From Blastocatellia bacterium (lineage in GTDB: Bacteria > Acidobacteriota > Blastocatellia > UBA7656), in NCBI GenBank assembly GCA_963765495.1, contig CAVXWP010000009.1, positions 640,001 to 704,000 on the forward strand: a DNA stretch of 64,000 nucleotides, in the 5' to 3' direction. Numbering within the stretch: position 1 is the stretch's first letter; the number at the start of each line of letters is the position of its first letter. The notes beneath the pieces were generated by a model, which did not search any database, was not told where the DNA came from, and saw only the letters and a list, made by a program, of their open reading frames with translations. Both the position numbers and the translations under genes were made by a program. Positions 40,041 to 50,108 of this stretch are shown here, one piece after another.

Positions 40041-40246
40041 CACACATCTTCGACTTCCTGCAATCGCTCGCCGCTCGCGCCGCCAAAAGCAGGTTGCAGC
40101 TTGCGCCTGGTAATGCTCCTGAGCACCGATTCAGCCGTATGGGCTAAGAGAAATTCCAGGTGCCGCTCCGATTCCTGTTTATCTGTGGCTTGTAAATAGG
40201 GCAGCAGCAGATTATCTATTCCGGGCGTTGCTCCTTGGCTATTCAT
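40030..40246 (-). pseudogene. 5' remnant of an ECF-like sigma factor gene
   Basis: DNLLLPYLQATDKQESERHLEFLLAHTAESVLRSITRRKL...EVEDVC, then an abrupt switch into anti-sigma sequence. Confidence 0.55.
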
Positions 40247-40454
40247 CGACAGATCAACAAGCCTTTCAACAGGATACATTCATTTGTAGCACCCTTATCC
40301 AGACTAGTCGATGCGAGACGGATATCTGCTTTGCTCGATGAAGGGAACCGAAGAGCGAGAAAGAATCAGGCGGGATTAACAAGACTTACAGGATTTGCGG
40401 GGGGGGGGTCAGCCATCTCTCGGAAAATTTGTCAATCCTGTAAAAGAGATTCAA

Positions 40455-42023
40455 CTACGCGGTCAACTGATTGTATGCGCGGTGTATCAGAGTGCGAACG
40501 CGGTTGCGGCCCGCGGCCTTTGCAAAATACATGGCTCGATCTGCCATTTCGATCAGTTCGATTTTTGTCGAGGCCGAAGATGGATAAGAGGCGACTCCTA
40601 TGCTTGCGGTCACCTGTCCGATCTTCTCTACCGGAACCGAGGCTATTGATTCACGTAATCGTTCGGCTACCTCGATTGCCGATTCACGCCCGCAATCAGG
40701 CAATACAATTACAAACTCTTCACCTCCATAGCGAACACAAATATCGACTTCACGCACGGTTTTTCGCATTACTGAGGCTACGTGCTGGAGCGCCGTATCG
40801 CCTGCGCGATGCCCGTGCGTGTCATTGATCCGTTTCAGGTGATCGAGATCGAGAAGTATGAGCGATAGTTTTCCGCCGTTTCGGTCGCAGAGACTGATCT
40901 CTCTATCGAGTCGCTCTTGAAAATATCTATGGTTGAAGAGCCCTGTCAAAGAATCGGTCATCGCCTGCATCTGGACCTGTTGAAACAGACGCGCATGAGA
41001 GATGGCCACAGCCAGTTGATCCGAAACCGTCTTGACCATAAGTATCTCTTCGTTTTCCCAGTCGCGTTCCGGCGTATTGTCTTCGACTCTGAGCGACCCG
41101 ATAACGGTATTGCGATAAGTTATCGGCACTTCGATTGGAACGAGGGTGGTCGAATGGTTCTCATCGACGCGGATGGATGCGAGGCGCAATTGATTGTCTG
41201 CCTTTGATTGGTCGTCCTCATATGATTCTTGCGGGCGCTCATAGACGCTTGCGCTTTCAGGGTTTCCGTCCTCTTCTCGCCACAGCGCGAGCACGGCGCG
41301 ACGCGCATTAAGCGCGCTTCCCACCTCTTCAACCGCCGATTGCAAAATAGATTCTAACTCCAGCGTGCTTGAAATTGCCGAACTGATGCGATTCGTGGCC
41401 ATCTCTATCTCATTTTGACGATGCATGAGAGTAGTGAGTTTCGTGGTAAACGATAGCGCGAGCCTGAGCGACTGGCTATGCGGAGTAGAAGCATTCAACA
41501 AAGTTCCAAACCTCTGGCGTTCATCGGGCCATTGCGCGCTGATGCGCGCCAGCAGGTATTCGATGCCTGTAAAGATGACGTTTGGATCAAATGTCCAGAT
41601 CATCTCATAAGTCCTGGAACCATTGCTTGCTTTTTGAGGCAGTTCGTTTGAGGCCAGCAATGCGCAGAAACGGTTGTCCATTATAAGAACGAAAGGCCCT
41701 GTTTCGATATTATGATAATCACGCTCCTCAAGCAGGCACTGGGTATCATTGGATTCGCAATGCCAGGTACGGGACTGGCACTGCTGATCGCAACTAAATA
41801 AATAGAGGAATCGAGCTACACCTTTGAGCTTTCCCAGCCGTTCCCGTTCTCTGCTTGCATGGCCGTCAAGACACCGGCCCTCGACAACGAGTGCCGACAG
41901 GTTGTTTTCCGTTACTACGTCCTCGAAGTAACGGAGCAGACGCATCACGGTCTGCTCGTTGCACCGCACGGGTGCAAACTCTCCGCTATGCTGGTTTATA
42001 AGCCCATGATATAAGGAGTACAT
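40455..42023 (-). CDS. Diguanylate cyclase with sensory (DICT-like) and GAF domains
   Basis: TDSLTGLFN, DLDHLKRINDTHGH, RYGGEEF. Confidence 0.92.
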   Translation of the reverse strand: MYSLYHGLINQHSGEFAPVRCNEQTVMRLLRYFEDVVTENNLSALVVEGRCLDGHASRERERLGKLKGVARFLYLFSCDQQCQSRTWHCESNDTQCLLEERDYHNIETGPFVLIMDNRFCALLASNELPQKASNGSRTYEMIWTFDPNVIFTGIEYLLARISAQWPDERQRFGTLLNASTPHSQSLRLALSFTTKLTTLMHRQNEIEMATNRISSAISSTLELESILQSAVEEVGSALNARRAVLALWREEDGNPESASVYERPQESYEDDQSKADNQLRLASIRVDENHSTTLVPIEVPITYRNTVIGSLRVEDNTPERDWENEEILMVKTVSDQLAVAISHARLFQQVQMQAMTDSLTGLFNHRYFQERLDREISLCDRNGGKLSLILLDLDHLKRINDTHGHRAGDTALQHVASVMRKTVREVDICVRYGGEEFVIVLPDCGRESAIEVAERLRESIASVPVEKIGQVTASIGVASYPSSASTKIELIEMADRAMYFAKAAGRNRVRTLIHRAYNQLTA

Positions 42024-42478
42024 TTATTAAGGCTTTTCTGGAATAAATTGGGTTGCTAATAGCGGGGACTATCATTAACGGGGACAGTTCGATTTTACAC
42101 CCGGAAGAATCTCTGTCAATTCTTTTATCAATTCTTTCTTGTGTGTGAATCCCTACGCTGCAAGCATTTCGCAGAATAAACTGCCCCCCAGATCAACCCG
42201 GTGAGGTCAATCTCCAGATCATGTGTCTGGAAAGATGTAGTGTGTAATTTTTTCCGACAGAGTAGGAATCCCGTACAACCGAAATGACCTGTTATTTTCG
42301 GGCGGGCGGCGAAGTTCTTTAATTGAAGAGTTTAGCATATCCCTCATCGCCTCGCGTCCTGGCACAGTGTTCGCTACATTTCTCAGTACAGTTTTAAGGT
42401 GAAGATGCAGAGGAGGTTCAGCAGCAATCTGTGGATTATCCTTCATCTCGCAGGAGAATTTCTTTTGAGGAGAGCTAT

Positions 42479-43234
42479 ATGAAAAATAAATTGATGGCCG
42501 TCCTTATGGTTCTGACACTCGCCGTATTGTTCGAAACCGGTTGCGCTACAAAGAAATATGTTCGCAATCGGGTATCCGAGAGAGTCGAGCCCCTGGAAAA
42601 CCGCACAACAGAGCTTGAAGAGACATCGCGCCGAAATACCCAGCAAATAGGCGATTTGCGAACCAGCATTAACGATGTAAACGCGCGCACGGACAAGGCA
42701 CAGCAGACCGCCGACCAGGCCGCATCTGCGGCTGAACAGGCAAATACCCGTGTGACCGGCGTCGAGACCAGTCTTGAGGATTTGCGTTCAAATCTGGACA
42801 AATATTCGCTTACCAACACAGCGATGGTCTTCTTCCGCCCGGGCAGTTCGCGCCTGACTCCCGAAGCAATGGCGCAACTCGACCAGTTGGCGTCGCAGAT
42901 AACCGACCGTAACGGGTTCATTCTGGAGATTGTGGGCTTTGGCGATACTTCCAGGGCTACAAACTACAATCAAAGGCTCGCGCAGTTGAGAGCCGATGCC
43001 GTACAGCGTTATCTTGCCGACAAGAATAACGTTCCTATCATGCGAATGTTTTCGCTCGGCTTTGGCGCGGCGAGACCAGTAACTGAGGCGGTCTCAGACG
43101 ACACGACTCCTACAAACAATCGCGCATTAAACCGCCGGGTAGAGATTCGGTTGCTTACAAATGAGGCCGTGCCGGGGACTCCTATGCGATCCAACTCGAC
43201 TACCGGAACCGGAACCGGCTCCACAAACGAATAA
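42479..43234 (+). CDS. OmpA-family lipoprotein
   Basis: Lipobox ETGC; coiled coil; YNQRLAQLRADAV, NRRVEI. Confidence 0.9.
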   Translation: MKNKLMAVLMVLTLAVLFETGCATKKYVRNRVSERVEPLENRTTELEETSRRNTQQIGDLRTSINDVNARTDKAQQTADQAASAAEQANTRVTGVETSLEDLRSNLDKYSLTNTAMVFFRPGSSRLTPEAMAQLDQLASQITDRNGFILEIVGFGDTSRATNYNQRLAQLRADAVQRYLADKNNVPIMRMFSLGFGAARPVTEAVSDDTTPTNNRALNRRVEIRLLTNEAVPGTPMRSNSTTGTGTGSTNE

Positions 43235-43277
43235 GACCGCATCACGTATAGCCACATTCCATCTCAAGCCCTCGCCG

Positions 43278-43315
43278 AAAGAAAGAGGCCATCATCATAG
43301 ATGGCCTCTTTCTTT
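43278..43315 (+). terminator. Intrinsic terminator
   Basis: AAAGAAAGAGGCCATC-ATCATA-GATGGCCTCTTTCTTT. Confidence 0.85.
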
Positions 43316-43477
43316 GTCTTTTCGCCCCTCGCCTGAGTCATTAAGAGCAGTAATTGCGTCTGTTCTCTCTGAAAGATGTTAAATATTCTGGCTATGAATC
43401 ATTCAATCTTTCACTGTGAAATGCTATACTCCTGGGGCAACCGGGGTTAGGGACCTCGCATCTCAGCACGTGAGGCC

Positions 43478-44077
43478 ATGGCTGATACGACAGGCGTACT
43501 GATTATGACCGTGATCGCTGAACCAGGCCAGCCCGCTTCCGACCTCGAACTGGCTCGGCTTGCGGCGGCTGGTGACGCGGAAGCGTTTGAAAAATTATAC
43601 GAGTATCATTACAGGCGAGTCTATTCACTCTGCCTCAGGATGCTCGGAAACGCCACGCAGGCCGAAGACCTTACGCAGGAAGTCTTTCTGCAGGTTTACC
43701 GGAAGATAGGAGGCTTTCGTGGTGACTCGGCATTCACCACATGGCTACACCGTCTGACAGTCAATCAAGTGCTGATGCATTTCCGCAAGCGCGGGACCAA
43801 GCTCGAACAGACGAGCGAAGAGGGCGACTTCACAAATGTTATTGAAACGCCCATTCAGAGCACGCGGCGCATATCTATGGTTGATCGCCTGGCGCTGGAA
43901 AAGGCCATAGAGGAATTGCCTCCGGGATATAGAACGGTCTTCGTACTTCACGATATCGAAGGCTATGAACACCAGGAAATAGGCGCTATGCTCGACGTAA
44001 GCATAGGGACCTCGAAATCGCAACTGCACAAAGCACGAATGCGCTTGCGCGAGTTGCTTTCGAAAAAAAATGAATAG
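43478..44077 (+). CDS. ECF RNA polymerase sigma factor
   Basis: [28 protein letters not shown]. Confidence 0.93.
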   Translation: MADTTGVLIMTVIAEPGQPASDLELARLAAAGDAEAFEKLYEYHYRRVYSLCLRMLGNATQAEDLTQEVFLQVYRKIGGFRGDSAFTTWLHRLTVNQVLMHFRKRGTKLEQTSEEGDFTNVIETPIQSTRRISMVDRLALEKAIEELPPGYRTVFVLHDIEGYEHQEIGAMLDVSIGTSKSQLHKARMRLRELLSKKNE

Positions 44078-44780
44078 AGATTGGTTGGAACCGATGCTTT
44101 GTAATCACTGTCAAGAACTCATATCCGATTATGTTGATGGCGCGCTGGAACTCGGCGAGCAGGTGCAGATCGAACGCCACCTGGCCGATTGCGAGCCTTG
44201 CCGCGCTGTGCGCGACGACTTTCTCCAGATTATTCACTTCAGCCGTCAACTGCCTCTGCACACGCCGTCAAGCGAGGTCTGGACTCGCATTCGCTCAGAA
44301 TTAGAGATTGAGCGACCGGCGAACCTTCTTTCTCGCGCAAGGCTGTGGACGACAAAAATCAGAGGGCTGCATTTTAACCTGTCCATACCTCAAATGGCCG
44401 CAGGAGCGATGGTGCTTGCGATACTCGTGACAGTCGCCGTCATCACTTCGCGCAACGATCTCTCCTCAATGTCAAAGACGACAACCGCCGGATTGCCATC
44501 TGCATCTACGGGGATTGAAGCCAATCTTCTGTCGAACCCTGATGTTGAAGAGATGGAACATCGTATCGACCAGCTCAAGCAGGAGGTCGAGCAGCAGAAG
44601 GTCGTATGGACCCCGGAGATTCGCGGGACATTCGAGCGCAATTTGATCTACGTAGATCAGTCGCTTATTGAATGCCGCCAGGAATTGAGCAATAATCCTA
44701 CCGACCCTGTTCGCCAGGAGATGATGCTCAACGCGTATCGCGAAAAGGTGCGCCTGCTTGAAGGGTTTACCAGATTCTGA
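44070..44780 (+). CDS. zf-HC2 anti-sigma factor
   Basis: HLADCEPC, single TM, overlaps the sigma gene. Confidence 0.88.
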   Translation: MNRDWLEPMLCNHCQELISDYVDGALELGEQVQIERHLADCEPCRAVRDDFLQIIHFSRQLPLHTPSSEVWTRIRSELEIERPANLLSRARLWTTKIRGLHFNLSIPQMAAGAMVLAILVTVAVITSRNDLSSMSKTTTAGLPSASTGIEANLLSNPDVEEMEHRIDQLKQEVEQQKVVWTPEIRGTFERNLIYVDQSLIECRQELSNNPTDPVRQEMMLNAYREKVRLLEGFTRF

Positions 44781-44818
44781 TCAAGCTGGATAAAAGCTTC
44801 TTTGATTAATTTGAATCG

Positions 44819-45580
44819 GTGCTCGAAATGCCAGGTCTCAAAAATAGAGGCGCAAGCCAGAAAACGCTAAGAATTCCCCTGATGCCGGCCCTTGTTGCCG
44901 GCCTCTTTGTGTTGTTTACGACCGGCGCGGCAATGGTCGCGGGGAGGTTTGAGCGAACCTACACCCCACAGGGAGCGGCCCACCTGACGATTTCAAATAT
45001 GAACGGCGACATCACTGTTACGGCCTGGGATAAAAAGACGCTCTCCGTAAGGGCGAAATCTGCTCCTGGCGTGACTATCGAAGACCAGGTGGCAGGTGAT
45101 GAAATAACGGTATCGGTAAAAAAGAATCTGCAGATCGGTCACGCCGATTTTGAAGTCTACGCGCCCCAAAACACTTCTCTTTCGCTCAAGAATGTACTTG
45201 GAAAGATCGAGGTGGAGGGAATAAACGGACACGTGAGCGTAAATTCGATTGACAGCGATATTCGCCTTATAGACATGCGCGCGGCTTCGATAGAAGTAAA
45301 AGTGACAAGCGGTGATATTCTCTTTGAGGGCGATCTGTACGAAAGCGGCTCCTACAGTCTGCAATCGGTCAAAGGCGATATAGATGTGACCTTGCCCGCC
45401 TCAACATCCTTCAATCTGGTGACCCGCGCGATGAGCGAAAATATAAACCTCGGCGGATTTCTCTCCAGCCTGCGCAGCATCAGCAAAGGCGAAAAAGGGC
45501 TGTCGGGCACTTATCTCAAAGGGGGCGCGCGTCTCAGCCTCATCACCTACGATGGCCGCATCCTGCTCCACCAAAAATAG
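44819..45580 (+). CDS. DUF4097-like beta-strand repeat protein
   Basis: Repeated NGDI/SGDI/KGDI motifs; signal/TM segment. Confidence 0.8.
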   Translation: MLEMPGLKNRGASQKTLRIPLMPALVAGLFVLFTTGAAMVAGRFERTYTPQGAAHLTISNMNGDITVTAWDKKTLSVRAKSAPGVTIEDQVAGDEITVSVKKNLQIGHADFEVYAPQNTSLSLKNVLGKIEVEGINGHVSVNSIDSDIRLIDMRAASIEVKVTSGDILFEGDLYESGSYSLQSVKGDIDVTLPASTSFNLVTRAMSENINLGGFLSSLRSISKGEKGLSGTYLKGGARLSLITYDGRILLHQK

Positions 45581-45832
45581 GCAGTGGCCGGTGGTCAGTA
45601 ATATTGCCAGTCCTCATTTTACAAGTTCCGCTCTAACCAGAATCTTTGCAAAACCCGTTACCGATCACCGTTTTCGGAACATTTGCTGTCCGAGCGCGTA
45701 TCTTTCGGTGGCGCTGCCAGTTGTAGAAATATTTTACAGTACATGTTATAAAAGATTTGGACGGGCTCTCATAATCGGGAAACCAGAGAAGATTTGAGGG
45801 GCGACTTGCACGAATGGAAGTAATTTAAGGGG

Positions 45833-46441
45833 ATGCACAGAAGCGAATTGAATTCCAGTCAACCGAACAACAAACCTATTAACCCTGTGAAACAGGATAA
45901 CCGCATCAATGATAAACCTCTACAGTTTGAGGCGATAGTTTCCAATCGACCTGAACGTCTCGACCTGGAAAGTATTCTGCCTTTCCTCGAAGAACGGGTC
46001 GCTTTCAAGATGCCAAGCGATCTTCAATACCTCGATGGAGTGCTCGATTATCTCAACGAACGCATGCTCAAACTTGGCATTGTCGGCCCTGACGATTCGG
46101 AAGTCGTCATAGCGTTAGACGAAGCCATAGTCAATGCCGTCAAACACGGAAACAAGGGCAACCCGCGAAAGGCCGTCCACATTGTGGCCGAATTCAACTC
46201 TCAGGGAGCGCGGTTTACAATCAAAGATGAAGGGACGGGATTTTGTAAAGACTCGGTTCCTGACCCGACCGATCCATCCCGGATACTCGAAACCAGCGGG
46301 CGCGGTCTTTTGTTGATAAATCACATAATGGATGAAGTCTGCCACAATCATTGCGGCAACGAGATTCAGATGTTCAAACGCATTACTCAATCAGCCCGAG
46401 AAGACTCGCCCGAATCCAAAAACACCGGCCAGGAAGAATAG
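45833..46441 (+). CDS. RsbW-like anti-sigma / ATP-binding protein
   Basis: EAIVNAVKHGN, DEGTGF, SGRGLLLI. Confidence 0.88.
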   Translation: MHRSELNSSQPNNKPINPVKQDNRINDKPLQFEAIVSNRPERLDLESILPFLEERVAFKMPSDLQYLDGVLDYLNERMLKLGIVGPDDSEVVIALDEAIVNAVKHGNKGNPRKAVHIVAEFNSQGARFTIKDEGTGFCKDSVPDPTDPSRILETSGRGLLLINHIMDEVCHNHCGNEIQMFKRITQSAREDSPESKNTGQEE

Positions 46442-46447
46442 AGGTCA

Positions 46448-46993
46448 TCATTTTTCAAATCCCTGCTCTCCTTCGTCGCAGCCCTGGACCAGGGGAACCA
46501 ACCGTCCACTTGCGGTCTCTTTGAAGCGCCTGACTTCAATCGGCATTATCTGAGATTGTTCATGCAATAAGTTCAGCAGAGTCGAAGCGCGAACGTTGTC
46601 GGAAATATTTCCTTTCATCGCGCGGCGGGCGCATTGCTCGCCGTATCCGTGCCTTATCAGCGTGGCGCGCAAACGGAGTTGATCTTCATCCGGCCATTTT
46701 GTAAGCGCGTCGATGAGCGCAACTTCAAAGACTACCCTATCTGCGGAACTCATACTCCTGAGCAATTTCTCATTAAGCTCTCCCCCGGCGCGCAATCGCT
46801 CTATCTCATCAAATATGCGTTGTTGCCCTGATGGCCTCAGCGCTATTAAGTATTTAAGGCTGATGCCGCGCCTCCGGCTTTTCAGTCTGGAATTATGTAA
46901 TCTATAGAAAAAGGCCAGAGCAATAAACTCTATCAGCACAGTGATGCCGATCAGGTACCAGAAGAAAGGCGCGGCGCGTAAAAAATTCATCAT
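46448..46993 (-). CDS. Membrane-anchored hypothetical protein
   Basis: N-terminal TM; 181-aa ORF. Confidence 0.6.
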   Translation of the reverse strand: MMNFLRAAPFFWYLIGITVLIEFIALAFFYRLHNSRLKSRRRGISLKYLIALRPSGQQRIFDEIERLRAGGELNEKLLRSMSSADRVVFEVALIDALTKWPDEDQLRLRATLIRHGYGEQCARRAMKGNISDNVRASTLLNLLHEQSQIMPIEVRRFKETASGRLVPLVQGCDEGEQGFEK

Positions 46994-47221
46994 TCACATT
47001 ACTACTCAATCCAGATTCCTACTAAATGGTTAAGGGCCCTCTCAAACCTGGGGCCTTTTTCCGCAATCGCTGTTCCTCAAATAGCATTCCCGGTAAAATC
47101 GTGGCTCTGCTTGACATAGCCCGCCTGAAGGGGAAAGAGAGGTAAAACACATATTTGAAAAGGGTTAAAGAAGTGTTACGTAACACGCCAACAAAGGCAT
47201 ATTTGCTCCACAGTCGCGGGC

Positions 47222-47251
47222 AAAAAAAATCCGGGGCCTTTCGCCCCGGAA
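47222..47251 (-). terminator. Intrinsic terminator of the amidohydrolase operon
   Basis: TCCGGGGC-GAAAG-GCCCCGGA followed by a T run on the minus strand. Confidence 0.8.
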
Positions 47252-47274
47252 TGGATTTTCACTTTGCGACCAGG

Positions 47275-48612
47275 TCAGCGTCGCGGTCTGGCCCTGTACT
47301 TTTCATATAGCTCGGTATGCCGACTCGTGAGCGGAACCTCCCGCCCGTCTATAAACAGATGTTTTACGTGTGTGAGAATTTCGAGCGGGTCGCCATCGGT
47401 CACTATGAGGTTTGCGATCTTGCCCTGCTCGATTGAGCCTATCTGATCGGCTACGCCAAATATCTGAGCCGGGTTGATGGTCAGCGCCCTGAGCGCCTCG
47501 TCTTTCGGCAGGCCGAAGGCCGAGGCCATACCGGCGTGATAAGGCAGGTCGCGGGCTTCGGCGGAATCGAGGGTCTGAAAGGCTATCTTCACTCCGGCTT
47601 TCGCAAGCAGACCGGCATTGGCAAAGGGCGCGTCATAAGGATCATCTTCATTGCCGGGCATGCGCAGCACAGGCCCAAGGATTACGGGTATATTTTTCGC
47701 CTTCAACTGATCGGCCACCCTGTAAGCCTCAAGCCCGCCCGACAAAATCATCTTGAGCTTCATCTCATCGGCAAAGGCGATGGCGTTTTTGATGTCTCGC
47801 TCTTCGTTTGCGAGGATGACCACCGGCATCTCGCCCCGCACGACCGGCACGAGCGCTTCAAGCTTCAGGTCAACATCCTGTTTGGGAAGGCTCGGGTCTT
47901 TTTTATATGCATCCATCGCGTCGCCGTAGGCTTTAGCGTCACGCAATATATCCTTCAGACTCTTGACCTGCTTATCCTGTTCGCGCCGGGCCTCGGCAAC
48001 CGATCTGCGCTGTCTGGTAAAGGAGGCGAAATCAAAGCCAAAGGCCGCTGCGCCGGGCCAGTTGATGTGCATCGCCACGGGCGATTTTACAACCATGTCT
48101 TTCACGACCCAGCCGTCTAGATTTATCAGGGCGCTGCGACCCGCGATAACTCCCCCACGCGGTTCTGAGAGCGCAGTCGTGATACCGTTCACGCGCGTAA
48201 CGGCTATGTGTGAACTGTCCGGGTGAATCGCCACATCTACGTGTATGTTGGCGTTGTTGTCGCCGATCTCGCTTGTGTCTATAGAGCCCGCGACCGATTC
48301 TATCTCCATCAGCCCGATCACCGATCCCGAATCAATCAACCCGGGATAGACCGACAGCCCCGACGCGTCAATGATCTTTGCTCCCGAAGGGACTGAAACA
48401 TTTGCCCCGACCGCCGCTATCTTTCCGTCGGCTACGACTATGGTTCCATTCTCAATGACGGGGCCTGTAACCGTCACGATCCGAGCGTTTCTTATGGCAT
48501 AAGTCTCAGCAGGCGCTTGCGCCAAAACAGACTGCTGATCAAACCCGATAAGGCTGCCCGCGCAGGCAATGATCAGCGCCAGGACGACAAAACATATTCG
48601 ATTCCTTTTCAT
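47275..48612 (-). CDS. Secreted amidohydrolase-family protein (no HxH)
   Basis: [26 protein letters not shown]. Confidence 0.88.
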   Translation of the reverse strand: MKRNRICFVVLALIIACAGSLIGFDQQSVLAQAPAETYAIRNARIVTVTGPVIENGTIVVADGKIAAVGANVSVPSGAKIIDASGLSVYPGLIDSGSVIGLMEIESVAGSIDTSEIGDNNANIHVDVAIHPDSSHIAVTRVNGITTALSEPRGGVIAGRSALINLDGWVVKDMVVKSPVAMHINWPGAAAFGFDFASFTRQRRSVAEARREQDKQVKSLKDILRDAKAYGDAMDAYKKDPSLPKQDVDLKLEALVPVVRGEMPVVILANEERDIKNAIAFADEMKLKMILSGGLEAYRVADQLKAKNIPVILGPVLRMPGNEDDPYDAPFANAGLLAKAGVKIAFQTLDSAEARDLPYHAGMASAFGLPKDEALRALTINPAQIFGVADQIGSIEQGKIANLIVTDGDPLEILTHVKHLFIDGREVPLTSRHTELYEKYRARPRR

Positions 48613-48635
48613 CTTCTGTACCTCGATATTTGATG

Positions 48636-50057
48636 CTACTGGTTTTGCGATTCAGCCGGTCGAAGCGCCGGCTCATCCTTTTCGTCCTTGGACGGAGACT
48701 TGTCGTTGCCCTTTCGCTCTGCCTTCTCGCGTTTGATCAGGTCTTCCTTTTCGCGTTTGAGCGCCTCGCGATCTTTGAGGTCCTGCTGCCGGTCGAAATA
48801 GACTTCGCCCTCGATGATTGTCATCTCAGGCACCGTGTAGATCGAAAAAGGATGCTGGCTGAAGATTGCAAGGTCGCCATCCTTGCCTACATCGATTGAG
48901 CCTACATGCTTGTCGATGCCGAGTTGTATGGCCGGGTTGAGCGTTATCATTCGGAGCGCCTCTTCTTCGCTTGCGCCGCCGTATTTGATCGCCTTCGCCG
49001 CGTCGAGGTAGAGACGGCGCGCGCGCTCATCCGAGTCCGAGTTTATCGAAACGACAACGCCGCGCTCGGCCATCAGAGCGGCGTTGTAGGGAATGGCATC
49101 ATACGCCTCCATCTTGTATCCCCAGAAATCGGCAAAGGTCGAGCCGCCGGTCTTGTGCGCGGCTATCTCGTCGGCAATCTTATAGCCTTCGAGTACGTGC
49201 TGGAGCGTCTGCACGTGAAAGCCCAGTTCGTCGCCTAAATTGAGCAGCATCATGATTTCATCCGCGCGATAGCAGTGCGAATGAATAAACCGTTTGCCCT
49301 GAAGAACCTCGACCAGCGCATCCAGCTGAAGATCGCGTCTGGGTGGAATCGCGTTTTTGTCTTTGCCCTTTTTCGCTTCGTATTCCTGCCATTCGCGCAT
49401 GTAATCTTTTGCGCGCACGAAGGCATCGCGAATCGTCTCTTCCACGCCCATACGAGTCGCGGGATAACGGGGAGGACGCCCGGGCGTTTGAAAATTAGAG
49501 CGCTTCGGGTTTTCGCCGAGAGCGAACTTGATGCCCTGCGGCGCATCGGGTATGAACCACTCATCAACCGGCTTGTTTAGTTTGAGTTTTACAACGGCAT
49601 TCTGGCCGCCGATTGCATTGGCCGAGCCGTGAAGAACGTTGACCGTCGTGAGCCCGCCCGCAAGCTGACGATAGATGTCCGGATCGTAAGGATTGATCAC
49701 GTCGCGTATTCGCACCATCGAAGTGACCGAAAGCGACCCTTCATTTACGCTCCCATCGACGGCCGTGTGCGAGTGACAGTCTACGATGCCCGGTATGACG
49801 TATTTGCCCGTAGCGTCAATCACACGAGCATTGGGATCGCTCGCCTTTACATCAGTACCGACGGCGGCTATCAGACCGTCGCGGATCAGTATCGAGCCGT
49901 TTTTGATCGTGCCGTGCGAGGCTGTCATGATCGTCGCGTTGCGGATCAGCATCTCGCGCGAAGTGGAAGCGGGGGCGCGCCCGCTGCCCTGTCCAAAGAC
50001 GGATGCGGCCATCGAGAGGGCCAGGACTATCGAAATGATTGCGTTAGCCTTTTTCAT
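48636..50057 (-). CDS. Secreted amidohydrolase-family protein
   Basis: [30 protein letters not shown]. Confidence 0.9.
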   Translation of the reverse strand: MKKANAIISIVLALSMAASVFGQGSGRAPASTSREMLIRNATIMTASHGTIKNGSILIRDGLIAAVGTDVKASDPNARVIDATGKYVIPGIVDCHSHTAVDGSVNEGSLSVTSMVRIRDVINPYDPDIYRQLAGGLTTVNVLHGSANAIGGQNAVVKLKLNKPVDEWFIPDAPQGIKFALGENPKRSNFQTPGRPPRYPATRMGVEETIRDAFVRAKDYMREWQEYEAKKGKDKNAIPPRRDLQLDALVEVLQGKRFIHSHCYRADEIMMLLNLGDELGFHVQTLQHVLEGYKIADEIAAHKTGGSTFADFWGYKMEAYDAIPYNAALMAERGVVVSINSDSDERARRLYLDAAKAIKYGGASEEEALRMITLNPAIQLGIDKHVGSIDVGKDGDLAIFSQHPFSIYTVPEMTIIEGEVYFDRQQDLKDREALKREKEDLIKREKAERKGNDKSPSKDEKDEPALRPAESQNQ

Positions 50058-50108
50058 CTTGCTCCCCCTAGGATTTGAGACCTCAAGTCTCAAATCTCAA
50101 ATCTCAGA

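Noticed and set aside
40386-40443. G10 tract within a TTACAGGATT...AATCCTGTAA palindrome as a phase-variation switch
   Set aside because: Intergenic, REP-like context with no evident promoter; homopolymer length is unreliable
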